A stretch of 64,000 nucleotides of DNA from an uncultured archaeon (GTDB lineage: Archaea; Thermoplasmatota; Thermoplasmata; Thermoplasmatales; Thermoplasmataceae), in the NCBI GenBank assembly GCA_000965745.1, contig CP009479.1, positions 704,001 through 768,000 of the forward strand, in the 5' to 3' direction. The notes beneath the pieces were generated by a model. That model was not told the origin of the DNA. It searched no databases and saw only the letters and a list, made by a program, of their open reading frames with translations. Positions 49,866-60,681 of this stretch are shown in pieces. Numbering within the stretch: the stretch's first letter is position 1; the number at the start of each line of letters is the position of its first letter. The position numbers and the translations under genes are program-made.

Positions 49866-52565
49866 ATGCCTGATGACTTGAGAATTCTTAAACAGATTGA
49901 AGTATCCGGTAAGGAGTACAATTATTTTTCACTGCCAGACCTTGAAAAGAAAGGTTACAATATATCAAAACTCCCCCGTTCAATTAGAATAGTTCTGGAG
50001 TCCCTGATCAGAAACCTTGACGGAAAAGCCGTCAGGGAAAAGGATGTTCTCAATCTCCTGAACTGGAACTCAAAAGACCCCGGCAAAGAGGAAATTCCAT
50101 TCAAAGTTTCCAGAGTTGTGATGCAGGACTTCACGGGAGTTCCTGCAGTAGTTGATCTTGCCGCATTGAGAGACACTGCTAAAAGGCTGGGCAAAGATCC
50201 GTCAATAATACAGCCGCAGGTTCCAGTGGATCTCGTAATAGACCACTCTGTTCAGGTTGACTTTTACGGAACACCCACGTCCATAGAAATGAACACCGAC
50301 AGGGAATTCGAGAGAAACGGGGAAAGGTACCTCTTCCTTAAATGGGCGCAGAATTCGTTCAAGAACCTCAGAATTGTTCCACCATCGGTTGGCATTGTGC
50401 ACCAGGTCAACCTTGAATATCTCGGTAAAGTTGTTATGGAGGCAGAAAGAGACGGAAAAACATACGCGTTCCCAGATACGCTGGTAGGAACTGATTCGCA
50501 CACAACCATGATAAATGGCCTAGGCGTGGTCGGCTGGGGAGTCGGAGGAATTGAAGCGGAGGCTGCAATGCTCGATCAGCCTGTTACTATACTTACCCCA
50601 GAAGTCGTTGGGGTCAACCTGCATGGAAAGTTGAAACCAGGAGTTACAGCGACCGATCTGGTCCTCACCCTGACGGAACTTCTGAGGAGGAACAGAGTAG
50701 TCGGAAAGTTCGTAGAATTCTATGGTGAAGGTGTAACATCACTACCGCTCCCTGACAGGGCAACCCTGTCCAACATGTGCCCTGAATATGGTGCAACGCT
50801 GGCACTGTTCCCTGTGGACGATGAGACACTCAAGTATCTCAGGACCACTGGGCGAAGCGATGAACACGTAGAGCTCATTGAGAAATACCTGAAGGCTCAG
50901 GGTCTCTATGGCTCTCCTGACAGCCTTGATTACAGCCAGGTGATTGATCTTGACCTTAGCTCTGTCACACCCACAGTTGCCGGCCCCAAGCTTCCCAATC
51001 AGAAAGTGGAAATGGGCCATATCAGTAACAGCTTCCTCAACTACATGGAGGGAAACTCGGACATTCAGATGATGGATAACGGCCAGCGGAGCACAACTGT
51101 ATCCCTGAAGAGTGTCCCTGTATCCGTTAAGGGCGAAGATACAAAACTTTCTGATGGAGATGTTGTAATCGCAGCTATCACAAGCTGCACAAACACTAGC
51201 AATCCGCAGGTAATGGTAGCAGCTGGCCTGCTTGCAAAGAAGGCCGCTGAGAAGGGCCTTACGGTAAGCAAGAAGGTGAAGACAAGCCTCGCACCTGGAT
51301 CACGTGTTGTTACCGACTACCTTGGAAAATCCGGCCTTCAGGAGTACCTGGACAAGCTGGGATTCTATCTTGTAGGGTACGGCTGCACCACGTGCATAGG
51401 GAACAGCGGCCCTCTGGATGAGAACATAGAAAAAGCGATAGTCGACAATAACCTCAGCACTGCGGCGGTACTGTCCGGGAACAGGAATTTCGAAGCTAGG
51501 ATACACAAGAACGTGAGAGCCAATTACCTGATGTCCCCGCCGCTTGTTGTTGCTTTTGCTATCGCGGGGAAAGTCACTATCAACCTAGAGAAAGAGCCGA
51601 TAGGGAAAGACAGGGATGGCAAGGATGTCTTTCTGAAGGAAATATGGCCATCTGACGATGAAATATCTAATGTCATTAACGAGACAATAAACGTGAAGAT
51701 GTTCAGGGAGAAATACAAGAATCTGGACATCTACAATGAGAAATGGTCTAAGCTAAATGCTCCAACGGGAACCACATACGACTGGGAAGATTCAAGCACA
51801 TACATAAGAAACCCACCCTTCTTCGACGACTTCTCACCTGACAAGTCTGTAGAAATGACCGAAGTCTCTGAGGCCCGGCCGCTTCTGATACTAGGGGATT
51901 CAGTTACGACCGACCACATTTCCCCCGCTGGTGCCATATCCAAGAACAGCCCCGCGGGAAAGTATCTAATGGAGAACGGTGTGGAACCTGTAGACTTCAA
52001 TTCATTCGGATCAAGAAGGGGAAACCATGAAGTAATGATGCGCGGAACATTCGGGAATGTCAGGATCAGGAACAAGCTTGTGGACAAGGAAGGTGGATTC
52101 ACCCTTCACCTCCCGGATAAGAAAGAGACCACTGTGTATGACGCTGCTATGCAGTACGTGAAGGAGAAAACACCCCTGCTTGTATTTGCCGGTATAGAGT
52201 ACGGGACAGGAAGCTCAAGGGACTGGGCTGCAAAGGGAACCATGCTTCTTGGGGTGAAGGCCGTAGTTGCAAGAAGCTATGAAAGAATACACAGAAGCAA
52301 CCTGATAGGCATGGGTGTATTGCCTCTCCAGTTCAAGGAAGGGGAAGAATTCGGCAAACTGGATGCAGACTGGAACAAGCCCTTTACAGTTAAGGTACCG
52401 GAAAACCTGGAGCCGGGAACTCAGGCAGAACTAAGCTATACGGATAACTCCGGAAACCGGAAGAAAGTGGCTGTTGGCATAAGGCTTGACACGCCGATCG
52501 AGGTTGAATATTTCAAGAGTGGTGGAATACTTCAGTATGTGTTGAGAAAAATCCTGCAAAACTGA
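49866..52565 (+). CDS. acnA: Aconitate hydratase A
   Basis: QDFTGVP, GTDSHTT, ITSCTNTSNP, GCTTCIGNSG and GSSRDWAAKG motifs. Confidence 0.97.
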   Translation: MPDDLRILKQIEVSGKEYNYFSLPDLEKKGYNISKLPRSIRIVLESLIRNLDGKAVREKDVLNLLNWNSKDPGKEEIPFKVSRVVMQDFTGVPAVVDLAALRDTAKRLGKDPSIIQPQVPVDLVIDHSVQVDFYGTPTSIEMNTDREFERNGERYLFLKWAQNSFKNLRIVPPSVGIVHQVNLEYLGKVVMEAERDGKTYAFPDTLVGTDSHTTMINGLGVVGWGVGGIEAEAAMLDQPVTILTPEVVGVNLHGKLKPGVTATDLVLTLTELLRRNRVVGKFVEFYGEGVTSLPLPDRATLSNMCPEYGATLALFPVDDETLKYLRTTGRSDEHVELIEKYLKAQGLYGSPDSLDYSQVIDLDLSSVTPTVAGPKLPNQKVEMGHISNSFLNYMEGNSDIQMMDNGQRSTTVSLKSVPVSVKGEDTKLSDGDVVIAAITSCTNTSNPQVMVAAGLLAKKAAEKGLTVSKKVKTSLAPGSRVVTDYLGKSGLQEYLDKLGFYLVGYGCTTCIGNSGPLDENIEKAIVDNNLSTAAVLSGNRNFEARIHKNVRANYLMSPPLVVAFAIAGKVTINLEKEPIGKDRDGKDVFLKEIWPSDDEISNVINETINVKMFREKYKNLDIYNEKWSKLNAPTGTTYDWEDSSTYIRNPPFFDDFSPDKSVEMTEVSEARPLLILGDSVTTDHISPAGAISKNSPAGKYLMENGVEPVDFNSFGSRRGNHEVMMRGTFGNVRIRNKLVDKEGGFTLHLPDKKETTVYDAAMQYVKEKTPLLVFAGIEYGTGSSRDWAAKGTMLLGVKAVVARSYERIHRSNLIGMGVLPLQFKEGEEFGKLDADWNKPFTVKVPENLEPGTQAELSYTDNSGNRKKVAVGIRLDTPIEVEYFKSGGILQYVLRKILQN

Positions 52566-52639
52566 TTTTTCTTAACATGCGAAATGCGAAATACCACACT
52601 TAAAAATTTAAACAACCAGATTATTATCTGTAACTAGGT

Positions 52640-53947
52640 ATGTATATAAGTGCTCCACCAGGGACGGTGGAACTGGCCAGGCTTATTATTCCGAAAGATG
52701 AATATGAGAGATTGTCGAGCCTTGGCTTTAACTCCTATGGTGAATCTAAGTCAATGACAATCCTGCAGTTTCTGCGTGATCTTGACTGGATATATATTTC
52801 ATATGAAGAGTCCGAAGTGCTTTCGCTCAAGCCTACCCAGCTGGGCCTGGAGGTATTTGAAAGGGGAGTTGCCGCCGACAACAAGGAAGATCTGGACACA
52901 CTTGTAGAACTCATCAGGAAATACCTCTCTGTTTTCCTTAAAGACGGGCAGAATGTTGCTGAGGTTATGCAGGAACTGGCGGAATATTATCTGAAAATTG
53001 GAAATTATACCCGGGCCATAGATCTGGGTTCCGATCTCATTACGCTCGGCAACGAGCACAATGACTCCAAGGTGCTGGGAAAGGCGCATGATATTTACGG
53101 AGTCATAAATCTCTACAGGCAGGATCTCGATTTTGCTCAGAACCACTTCGAGAAATCGGTTTTCTATGGTGGGCTGTGCAACGATCTTGCTACTGTTGCC
53201 AAGGGGCATGTCGGCCTCGGGTCGGTGAACGGCTACAAACAGAAATTCGAAGAAGCGATAACAAATTTTGAAAAAGCTTTCCTTCTGTTCAAGGAGATAG
53301 GGGACGAATCCGGAATAAACCAGGTTAAACTCAACGAGGCATTCACCTACGCCAACATGGGGGACCTGAACGTGTTCTTCAAGATGAACCATGAGGCAAT
53401 AACTTACTTCGAGTCAGTAGGTGACAAGCAAAAACTTGAGTACTGCTATATCAATGAATCAACTGCTCTTCTGAGCATCGGCAAGATAGACGAGGCAATA
53501 GACAGCATTGTAGAAGCTCACGAACTCGCAAAGGAAGTTGGAAACAAGAGAATTCTTCATATGTCTGGATTGAACATCGCCAGGATCTACGTTCTGACAA
53601 ACAGGCCCGGGGACGCCTATGAATACATACTTCAGGCTCATGAGTACTTCAGGAAGAACTTTGACACTAATTCAGTTGGAGCTTGCAATGACCTCCTCGC
53701 TTCTTATTTCGTTGCAATGAAGGACATGGACACAGCGGCAGAACATCTTGAGAAGATGGAGAAGAACTTCCTTATCAAGAACAACAAGAGGGGGATCGTG
53801 GATGGGTTTGCCTATTTTATAAAGACAATGAAAACTTATTCATACGACGATGAAACAGTCAACAGGAAAATCAAGGAACTTGAAGAAAAGGTTCAGGATG
53901 AAAAGTATAAAGAAATATTCAAACAAAGTTTGGATGAAGAATTATAG
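52640..53947 (+). CDS. TPR-repeat protein with a possible N-terminal winged-helix region
   Basis: Series of about 40-aa TPR-like repeats (AxxxLG..Y....A...F); N-terminal LRDLDWI...KPTQLGLEVF resembles a wing. Confidence 0.82.
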   Translation: MYISAPPGTVELARLIIPKDEYERLSSLGFNSYGESKSMTILQFLRDLDWIYISYEESEVLSLKPTQLGLEVFERGVAADNKEDLDTLVELIRKYLSVFLKDGQNVAEVMQELAEYYLKIGNYTRAIDLGSDLITLGNEHNDSKVLGKAHDIYGVINLYRQDLDFAQNHFEKSVFYGGLCNDLATVAKGHVGLGSVNGYKQKFEEAITNFEKAFLLFKEIGDESGINQVKLNEAFTYANMGDLNVFFKMNHEAITYFESVGDKQKLEYCYINESTALLSIGKIDEAIDSIVEAHELAKEVGNKRILHMSGLNIARIYVLTNRPGDAYEYILQAHEYFRKNFDTNSVGACNDLLASYFVAMKDMDTAAEHLEKMEKNFLIKNNKRGIVDGFAYFIKTMKTYSYDDETVNRKIKELEEKVQDEKYKEIFKQSLDEEL

Positions 53948-53975
53948 ATTTGTGGTTTAAAAAGATTATTAAATT

Positions 53976-54068
53976 TTACTCTGCGCAGTAAGATCCGCCA
54001 GTCATTACGAACTTCAGCTTCTGCTTTGGTATTTCAATCTCTTCTATCATTTTCAGTTTTCCCTTCAT
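53976..54068 (-). CDS. Unannotated 30-aa peptide (alternative ATG at 54089)
   Basis: MKGKLKMIEEIEIPKQKLKFVMTGGSYCAE*; purine-rich coding-like composition; T-run after the stop. Confidence 0.55.
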   Translation of the reverse strand: MKGKLKMIEEIEIPKQKLKFVMTGGSYCAE

Positions 54069-54427
54069 AGCTATCAAATGAGTTACCATGGCAAAACTAA
54101 AGACCTTTGTGTGACAGGAAATGCAGTCCCGATACTGTTACATAGACAAAACACTTGCATTATGTATGTGCAAATTTTTATCGTAACTTTTCCAAGGTTA
54201 GATTTCAGTCAAGCCAGTTTTTAAGGCATTACACCTGAAGTTGATATTATATTCTCTTTCGAGTTTATATCATTTTTTTGCATACTGTTGTGTAGGTATG
54301 AACTGTCGAGAAAACCGTCGATATATGTTAAATTGGACGGAATGCGAAATATTTCATGCATAACATCCGTCAATGCACCGAATTCAAAAATCGTCATTTG
54401 AGAAACTAAAGTTATATATTACTGGCA

Positions 54428-55777
54428 ATGTTCCACTTTTGCATGGATGAAGGAGTATCATCTGCGCTGAAACAGCTTGAAAAAGATGGAGTTGGATTCT
54501 TACAGTTACAGTTTACCGATATCCTGGGAGCGGTAAAGACTCTCACAATACCAAAAAACCGTTTTGAGAGTGCCCTGACTGAGGGCGTGGTTTTCGACGG
54601 AAGTTCTGTTGCAGGCTATGCACAGATCGAAGAATCAGATATGAGGGCAATACCGGATCTTTCAACATACACGGTGTTCCCTCAGGGAAACGGATTTTCC
54701 AAAACTGCCAGATACATATGCACGATCCACAACCCTGACGGTGAAAGGTTCAACGGAGATCCGAGGTATGTTCTTGAGAGCGTCCTTTCAAAGCTACATG
54801 AGAAGAAAATGGACTTCTACGTCGGTCCGGAGTTCGAGTTTTTCATCTTCAAACGTGATGAAAAGGGAAATCCCACTACCATACCGAGTGACTATGGAGG
54901 CTACTTTGACAACACTCCCCTGGATGCGGCCAGTGAAATAAGGCAGGAAATACTGATGCAGCTCAACAACCTGGGGTACCAGCCGGAGGCAGCACATCAC
55001 GAGGTGGCTTACGGTCAGCATGAAATAGATCTCAGGTATGGGAAAGCGCTTGTAATGGCTGACAGAGTTGCCATGCTGAAGAATATAATCAAGAACGTGT
55101 CACAGAAGCATGGCATGTATGCAACTTTCATGCCAAAGCCGATAAACGGGGTCAACGGCTCCGGAATGCACGTCCATCAGAGCATTATGAACAGCGAGGA
55201 ATCAACCAACCTGTTCTACGATGAAAAATCGAAGTACGGCATCAGCGAACTCGGACTGCATTATCTCGGGGGGATATTGTCCAACATATCCCAGGGTTCA
55301 GCGATCCTTGCTTCCTGGGTTAATTCCTACAAGAGGCTTATACCGGGCTATGAGGCTCCGGTTTACATTTCGTGGGCCAACAAGAACAGGACAGCCCTTG
55401 TCAGAGTTCCCGCGGGTGTAAGGATGAGAAAGAGGATGGAACTCAGATGCCCGGATTCGGCAGGTAACCCATATCTGCAGTTTGCGGTAATGCTTGGGAT
55501 GGGTCTTGACGGAATAAACAGGAAACTTGAGCCGCCTGATCCGGTCGAAAAGGATATATTCCACATGACCAGCGAGGAAAGGAAGGAGCAAAGGATAGAT
55601 TCCATGCCCGAAAGCCTGGGAGAGGCTCTGCACCACTTCAGAAACAGCAAGCTCATGAAAGAAATACTTGGCGAGCACGTCTTCAACAATTTCATAACGG
55701 TGAAACAGAGGGAATGGGACGCATTCAGGTCACACGTGACCGAATGGGAGACAAACAGGTATCTTCCCATCCTCTAA
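54428..55777 (+). CDS. glnA: Glutamine synthetase type I (probable start 54443)
   Basis: FDGSS, HHEVA, TFMPKP, NGSGMH, NSYKRL and NPYL motifs. Confidence 0.96.
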   Translation: MFHFCMDEGVSSALKQLEKDGVGFLQLQFTDILGAVKTLTIPKNRFESALTEGVVFDGSSVAGYAQIEESDMRAIPDLSTYTVFPQGNGFSKTARYICTIHNPDGERFNGDPRYVLESVLSKLHEKKMDFYVGPEFEFFIFKRDEKGNPTTIPSDYGGYFDNTPLDAASEIRQEILMQLNNLGYQPEAAHHEVAYGQHEIDLRYGKALVMADRVAMLKNIIKNVSQKHGMYATFMPKPINGVNGSGMHVHQSIMNSEESTNLFYDEKSKYGISELGLHYLGGILSNISQGSAILASWVNSYKRLIPGYEAPVYISWANKNRTALVRVPAGVRMRKRMELRCPDSAGNPYLQFAVMLGMGLDGINRKLEPPDPVEKDIFHMTSEERKEQRIDSMPESLGEALHHFRNSKLMKEILGEHVFNNFITVKQREWDAFRSHVTEWETNRYLPIL

Positions 55778-55808
55778 TTTTTATTTTCAAAAAAGAACGC
55801 TGGTCAGA

Positions 55809-56609
55809 CTATTCTGAAAACTCCCTTAGATGCTTTCTTTTTCTTTCTCTCCTCAGGGCATATGCATAGGCACTCAGGAAAGCAATGCCTCCCGGCAGCA
55901 GCACAAAACCGAAGATAGTCATTCCAAGTGCAGCATAACTCGCATCGCCGATGCTAACTGAAAGGTTTACGGGAAGCTCTCCGCTGTTGTTTATCTGGAT
56001 CTTCCATTCTCCCGACACAGGGACAATAATGGTGTCCGAACCGGATGATGCAGAGGAAAGGTGAATGGATGAATGCTGCGCCCCGTCAGGGGATAGAAGC
56101 ATAGCGGTGATGTTTCCAACCTGGTTGGGGGACATAGAATAGACAAGATTGCTCCCCGATGAAACCTTCGGGTCATAGAATCTCGTATAGTTTCCAGGGG
56201 CTATGGGTACGCCTTTGTGCGTAATTGAATCGTAAACCACGCTAATGTTGACATTGTATCCGCCGTCGTTTGCTATTTGCAGAGTCCAGTTTCCGCTCGA
56301 GGGTGCCAGTATTGTGTTAGTCCCGGTCGGAAGCTGGTTGAATGTTATGACCGAATAGCTTGTTCCGTTCTGTGAGATCAGGCTCGCAACAAGATCAAAA
56401 TTCTGATGGAATGAAACCTTGTATGTCAGATCGTCGCCTGCACTTACTCCTGCCTTCGAAAAACTCACTGTTTTGCCCGGGTCAGAATTCACGCTGTATT
56501 CCGAAGTTCCGGCTGATAACAAGTACACAGAGACCGCAAACAGTACGATTGAGGCCACTATCATTATCAGGCCAATCTGTCTCAACCTTCTCTTATTGGA
56601 TCTTATCAT
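55809..56609 (-). CDS. Membrane protein with duplicated extracellular beta domain
   Basis: TM at both ends; internal repeat (SG.W...I.N.G...VN.SV) twice. Confidence 0.7.
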   Translation of the reverse strand: MIRSNKRRLRQIGLIMIVASIVLFAVSVYLLSAGTSEYSVNSDPGKTVSFSKAGVSAGDDLTYKVSFHQNFDLVASLISQNGTSYSVITFNQLPTGTNTILAPSSGNWTLQIANDGGYNVNISVVYDSITHKGVPIAPGNYTRFYDPKVSSGSNLVYSMSPNQVGNITAMLLSPDGAQHSSIHLSSASSGSDTIIVPVSGEWKIQINNSGELPVNLSVSIGDASYAALGMTIFGFVLLPGGIAFLSAYAYALRRERKRKHLREFSE

Positions 56610-56666
56610 TCGGCACCCTGACTACCTTAAGCCTAACGAAACAGCTGTTTAAGTTTTCTTCGGCTG

Positions 56667-59051
56667 TTACTCCCCCGACTCAACATTAATCTCGTCAGAC
56701 TCTGAAATGCTGATGTTTTCAATCTTCATAAGACTCTTTATGACTTCCTGAAAGCTCATGAGTGTGCTGCTTCTGCCGGAAATGTTCAGGGAATCAAGTT
56801 TCGCTCCCATGGACAGTTTCATTGAAGTTTTGAGGCTCCTTATTTTTCCTATTACTTCAATTACATACTCCATTTCCTTCTCATCCTCCGGAAACATTCT
56901 GTCATCCGAGAACTCAGGCCAGCTCTCAAGGTGAACGCTCTTCTTCATCCGGGAAAATGGTACCATGTGGTATGCTTCTTCAGTTATGAATGGCATGACA
57001 GGCGCATAGAGACACAGCGTCTTCCTGAACGTGGAAAATGCAACTGTGAGTATTTCTTTCTTGAGATCCTCATCCTCCGACGATGAGAGTACCCCCTTTA
57101 TCATTTCCAAATAATTGTCGCAGAACGTGTTCCAGAAGAAATTGTCGAGTGATGCCCTTCCTCTGGAGACATTAAATTTTTCATACTCGGAAGTAACCTC
57201 CATGAGGGTTCGCTCGAATTTTGTAGTTATCCACCTGTTCAGGCTGGACTTCAATTCTAAGGTCTCATCTCCTATATCTGTATCTCCCTTGAGCATAAGG
57301 ATCAGCTTTGCGGCATTATAGATCTTTATTACGGTCCTCCTGCCCCTAACGAAGTCCTGCTCCTTTATCTTGATGTCTTCACCAGGGATGGTTGTGGATG
57401 CCCAGAATCTCAGGGCATCTGCACCATATTCATCTATGACCGTTCTTGGCTCAACCACATTGCCCTTGCTTTTGCTCATTTTGGCCCCGAATGGATCATA
57501 CACGTTCCCGCTGATGAATATAGTCTTCCATGGGACCAGGTCGTCGTGAATCCTTGACCTTACAATTGTGGTGAATGCCCAGAATGAAATGATATCATGG
57601 CCCTGAAACCGTATATCCATGGGATAAAGCTCGTCCAGAAGGCCTAAAGGCATTAGAGCCAGTCTCGGGGAAAGCGAAGAGGTTGCCCAGGTATCCATAA
57701 TGTCTGTTTCAGGCGTAAGATCATCTGAGCCGCAATTCTTGCATTTCCTCGCCGCCATTTCCAGCCTCGGGTCAACAGGAAGCTCATTCTCATCTGCTAC
57801 TACAGTCTCTCCGCAGTTGTCGCAATACCATAGTGGGAAAGGTACTCCGTAAAATCTCTGCCTTGAAATGCACCAGTCCCATTTCAATCCAAGCACCCAG
57901 TTGTCGTACCTGGTTTTCATGTATGGCGGGAGCCAGTCTACACTGGCACCGTTTTTAAGGAAATCATCCTTGAGGTCAAGATATCTCAGGAACCATTGCT
58001 TACTGATGCCTATTTCTATTGGAGTTCCGCACCTTTCATGAGTGTTCACGGAATGCTTTATTCTTTCAGTCCTGCTGATGAGGCCCTCACTCTTCAGGAG
58101 CTTTTTGATGACGCTTCTCGCTTCCTGAACAGTCTTGCCTTCAAGCGGCCCGGATAGTGCATTCATTTTTCCGTTGTCTTCTATAAGGTTCCTCAGATCC
58201 AGGGAATATTTTTTCCATAGCTCCAGATCGTTCTGGTCCCCGAAAGTGCAGATCATCTCAGCCCCTGTTCCCTTCTCGGGGTCCACGTATTCATCCTCTA
58301 TAATCTTCACTTCATGGCCGTAAAGCGGGACTTTAGCAGTTTTCCCAACCAGGCCCCTGTACCTATCATCATCAGGGCTCACGCAAACCGCCACGCAGGC
58401 TCCTATCAGTTCAGGCCTCGTTGTGGCAACTGGCACAGACCCCCCGCCATTAATTGCAAAATCAAGATACACAAAATCTGTGTTCTGCACGACATCCCTC
58501 ATCTCTATCTGCGATATGGCAGTATGGCATACAGGGCATTTTATGGTTGGAGCCTCCTCTCTATAAGCCCTGTCTTTCTTGAGAAGATCAATGAACATCT
58601 TCTGGGATATCGTTCTGGATTCCTCAGACACTGTTCTGTAAGGGTGTCTGAAATCAGCACTCATCCCTATGTCCGACCAGGTCTTGAGGAGTTCCTCCTC
58701 TGATTTGTCTGATGCTTCTTTGCATGCCTCTATAAATTCTTCAAGGGGCATTCTTTCTGCCTTTATTCCAAGAGTCTTTTCAGCATACCTCTCAGTGGGG
58801 AGGCCATTATCATCAAACCCCCATGGGTAGAAAACACCAAAACCCTTCATTCTCTTGTACCTGGCAATAAAATCCTGATGAGGGTATGAAAACGCATGCC
58901 CCATGTGCATTTTGCCGGATATTGTTGGAGGCGGGGTATCAATTACAAAGTACTCTGATCGATCTCCTCCATGATAATTGAACTTGTAAATATCATTGTT
59001 GTCCCAGAATTCTCTCCATTTTGCCTCCATTTCGGGAATATTTAGGTCCAT
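56667..59051 (-). CDS. valS: Valine--tRNA ligase
   Basis: DTPPP, HMGH, DWCISRQR and KMSKS motifs. Confidence 0.95.
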   Translation of the reverse strand: MDLNIPEMEAKWREFWDNNDIYKFNYHGGDRSEYFVIDTPPPTISGKMHMGHAFSYPHQDFIARYKRMKGFGVFYPWGFDDNGLPTERYAEKTLGIKAERMPLEEFIEACKEASDKSEEELLKTWSDIGMSADFRHPYRTVSEESRTISQKMFIDLLKKDRAYREEAPTIKCPVCHTAISQIEMRDVVQNTDFVYLDFAINGGGSVPVATTRPELIGACVAVCVSPDDDRYRGLVGKTAKVPLYGHEVKIIEDEYVDPEKGTGAEMICTFGDQNDLELWKKYSLDLRNLIEDNGKMNALSGPLEGKTVQEARSVIKKLLKSEGLISRTERIKHSVNTHERCGTPIEIGISKQWFLRYLDLKDDFLKNGASVDWLPPYMKTRYDNWVLGLKWDWCISRQRFYGVPFPLWYCDNCGETVVADENELPVDPRLEMAARKCKNCGSDDLTPETDIMDTWATSSLSPRLALMPLGLLDELYPMDIRFQGHDIISFWAFTTIVRSRIHDDLVPWKTIFISGNVYDPFGAKMSKSKGNVVEPRTVIDEYGADALRFWASTTIPGEDIKIKEQDFVRGRRTVIKIYNAAKLILMLKGDTDIGDETLELKSSLNRWITTKFERTLMEVTSEYEKFNVSRGRASLDNFFWNTFCDNYLEMIKGVLSSSEDEDLKKEILTVAFSTFRKTLCLYAPVMPFITEEAYHMVPFSRMKKSVHLESWPEFSDDRMFPEDEKEMEYVIEVIGKIRSLKTSMKLSMGAKLDSLNISGRSSTLMSFQEVIKSLMKIENISISESDEINVESGE

Positions 59052-59145
59052 TTCGTTGGTTATGGAGCTTCATGTTAAAACGTTTGCTCATGGGGCATGT
59101 CATATAGCCCTGATCTCAGGCTTATTATGAAAAACAACGTCAGAT

Positions 59146-59652
59146 TTGTCCGGGATAAGATTTTATAAGAATATTGCATGGTTCAATACTATGGTTATGT
59201 CATCTCCGATTGAAGACCTTATTAAAGATGCAATTGAAAAGGAGGACAAGGCCTTCATGGAGTACAAGGAACTTGCAGAAAAGGCTCCCAAGAGCAATAT
59301 AAGGTGGTTTCTTGAATCATTCTCTGATGCCCGCAAAAGGATTAGGGATAAATTAACCAATGTACTCGAAAACAGAGTTGATGATGAATTCGGTTACCCC
59401 GAGGAAAAGATATTGCACATCCAGGCAACCGAACATCTTCACTTCAGCGGAAATGTTGACCAGAACAGCCTTCAGAGCGTTCTCCTGTACATTTCAAAAA
59501 AGGAATCTGAGGACCTGGAGTATTTCAGATCTCTGATAGAGAAATCCGAAAGCCAAGAAGTGGAAAAATTCCTAAAGCCCATTCTGGCAGAAAAGGAAAA
59601 TATACACATTAAAGCTGACAGGCTTTATCACGATCTTATAGAAATCTACTGA
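59146..59652 (+). CDS. Ferritin/rubrerythrin-like protein (start probably about 59190)
   Basis: AIEKE...Y and E..H four-helix pattern. Confidence 0.7.
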   Translation: MSGIRFYKNIAWFNTMVMSSPIEDLIKDAIEKEDKAFMEYKELAEKAPKSNIRWFLESFSDARKRIRDKLTNVLENRVDDEFGYPEEKILHIQATEHLHFSGNVDQNSLQSVLLYISKKESEDLEYFRSLIEKSESQEVEKFLKPILAEKENIHIKADRLYHDLIEIY

Positions 59653-59724
59653 CCGGCAGGCTCATTTTCAGACCCTTCATGATAGAAAGCAATATTTTGA
59701 GTAATAGTAGCGAATACTGGACAA

Positions 59725-60519
59725 ATGCACCTTATCGTAGCTTCCAGAGCAGATAAAGCAAGCATGTCTATGGAAAAATACATTCTGGAAAATGTTCCGT
59801 TCAGTGAACCTGATTCAGACAATGGCATGTATGAATATGGAAATTACCGCCTGAAACTTATAAATGAAAGGCATCTCAATTATGATCAAATACCGGCAGA
59901 AGAAAAGGGTTTAACACCTGACATTTCAGACGTCACATTTCTCTCCAGCCATTCCTCATCGGCAGAAGTGAAATCTCTTACAGTGCATCCGACGGGTAAT
60001 TTTGCAGAAGCCATTCTGGGTGGAAAAGAAAAGACTCTCTCGGTTAGCTCACCGGAGAAGATGACACCCGCCCTGAGGATGCTCGCGGAAGCATACGAAG
60101 GCAATGGTTTTGAGATCACACTGGAGTCAACGCATCATGGCCCGTACCTGGAGCTGCCAAATTACTACATAGAGATAGGAACAACCGAGAATGAGTGGAA
60201 GGATGAAGCAGCATTGAGAGCAGTAAAAGAGGCAGTTTTCACGGAACCCGACACCGCATCGGAAAACTTTGTTGGAATAGGCGGAGGCCATTATGTTCCC
60301 AAGATAACGAAGTACGTAATGGAAAACTCCGTTAATATAGGCCATCTTATTTCAAAGCACGACCAGGATACTATCACAAGGCAACAGATCGAGGAAGCTG
60401 TTGACAAGACCCCTAAGTGTCGTGGATTCGTCATGGACAGGAAGGGGTGCAGAGGTCCGGTAAGAGCCATTGTGAGGGAAATTTCAGACGATCGTGGTAT
60501 TGAAATAATTAAATTATAA
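59725..60519 (+). CDS. dtdA: Archaeal D-aminoacyl-tRNA deacylase
   Basis: LSSHSS, LTVHPTGN, ESTHHGP, EIG and GGGHY motifs. Confidence 0.9.
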   Translation: MHLIVASRADKASMSMEKYILENVPFSEPDSDNGMYEYGNYRLKLINERHLNYDQIPAEEKGLTPDISDVTFLSSHSSSAEVKSLTVHPTGNFAEAILGGKEKTLSVSSPEKMTPALRMLAEAYEGNGFEITLESTHHGPYLELPNYYIEIGTTENEWKDEAALRAVKEAVFTEPDTASENFVGIGGGHYVPKITKYVMENSVNIGHLISKHDQDTITRQQIEEAVDKTPKCRGFVMDRKGCRGPVRAIVREISDDRGIEIIKL

Positions 60520-60681
60520 ATTATTAAAAATATCTATATAAAAATAATTAAAATTAGATTTTTAAAAATATGCTATTACAATGGTTCTTCTGACTGTTAT
60601 GGAAGTCGATTTTGAGCATTAATGTTTAAATACTCAATGACTCTAACTTCCAATTAACCAGAACAGATCTGGTGGAAACAG

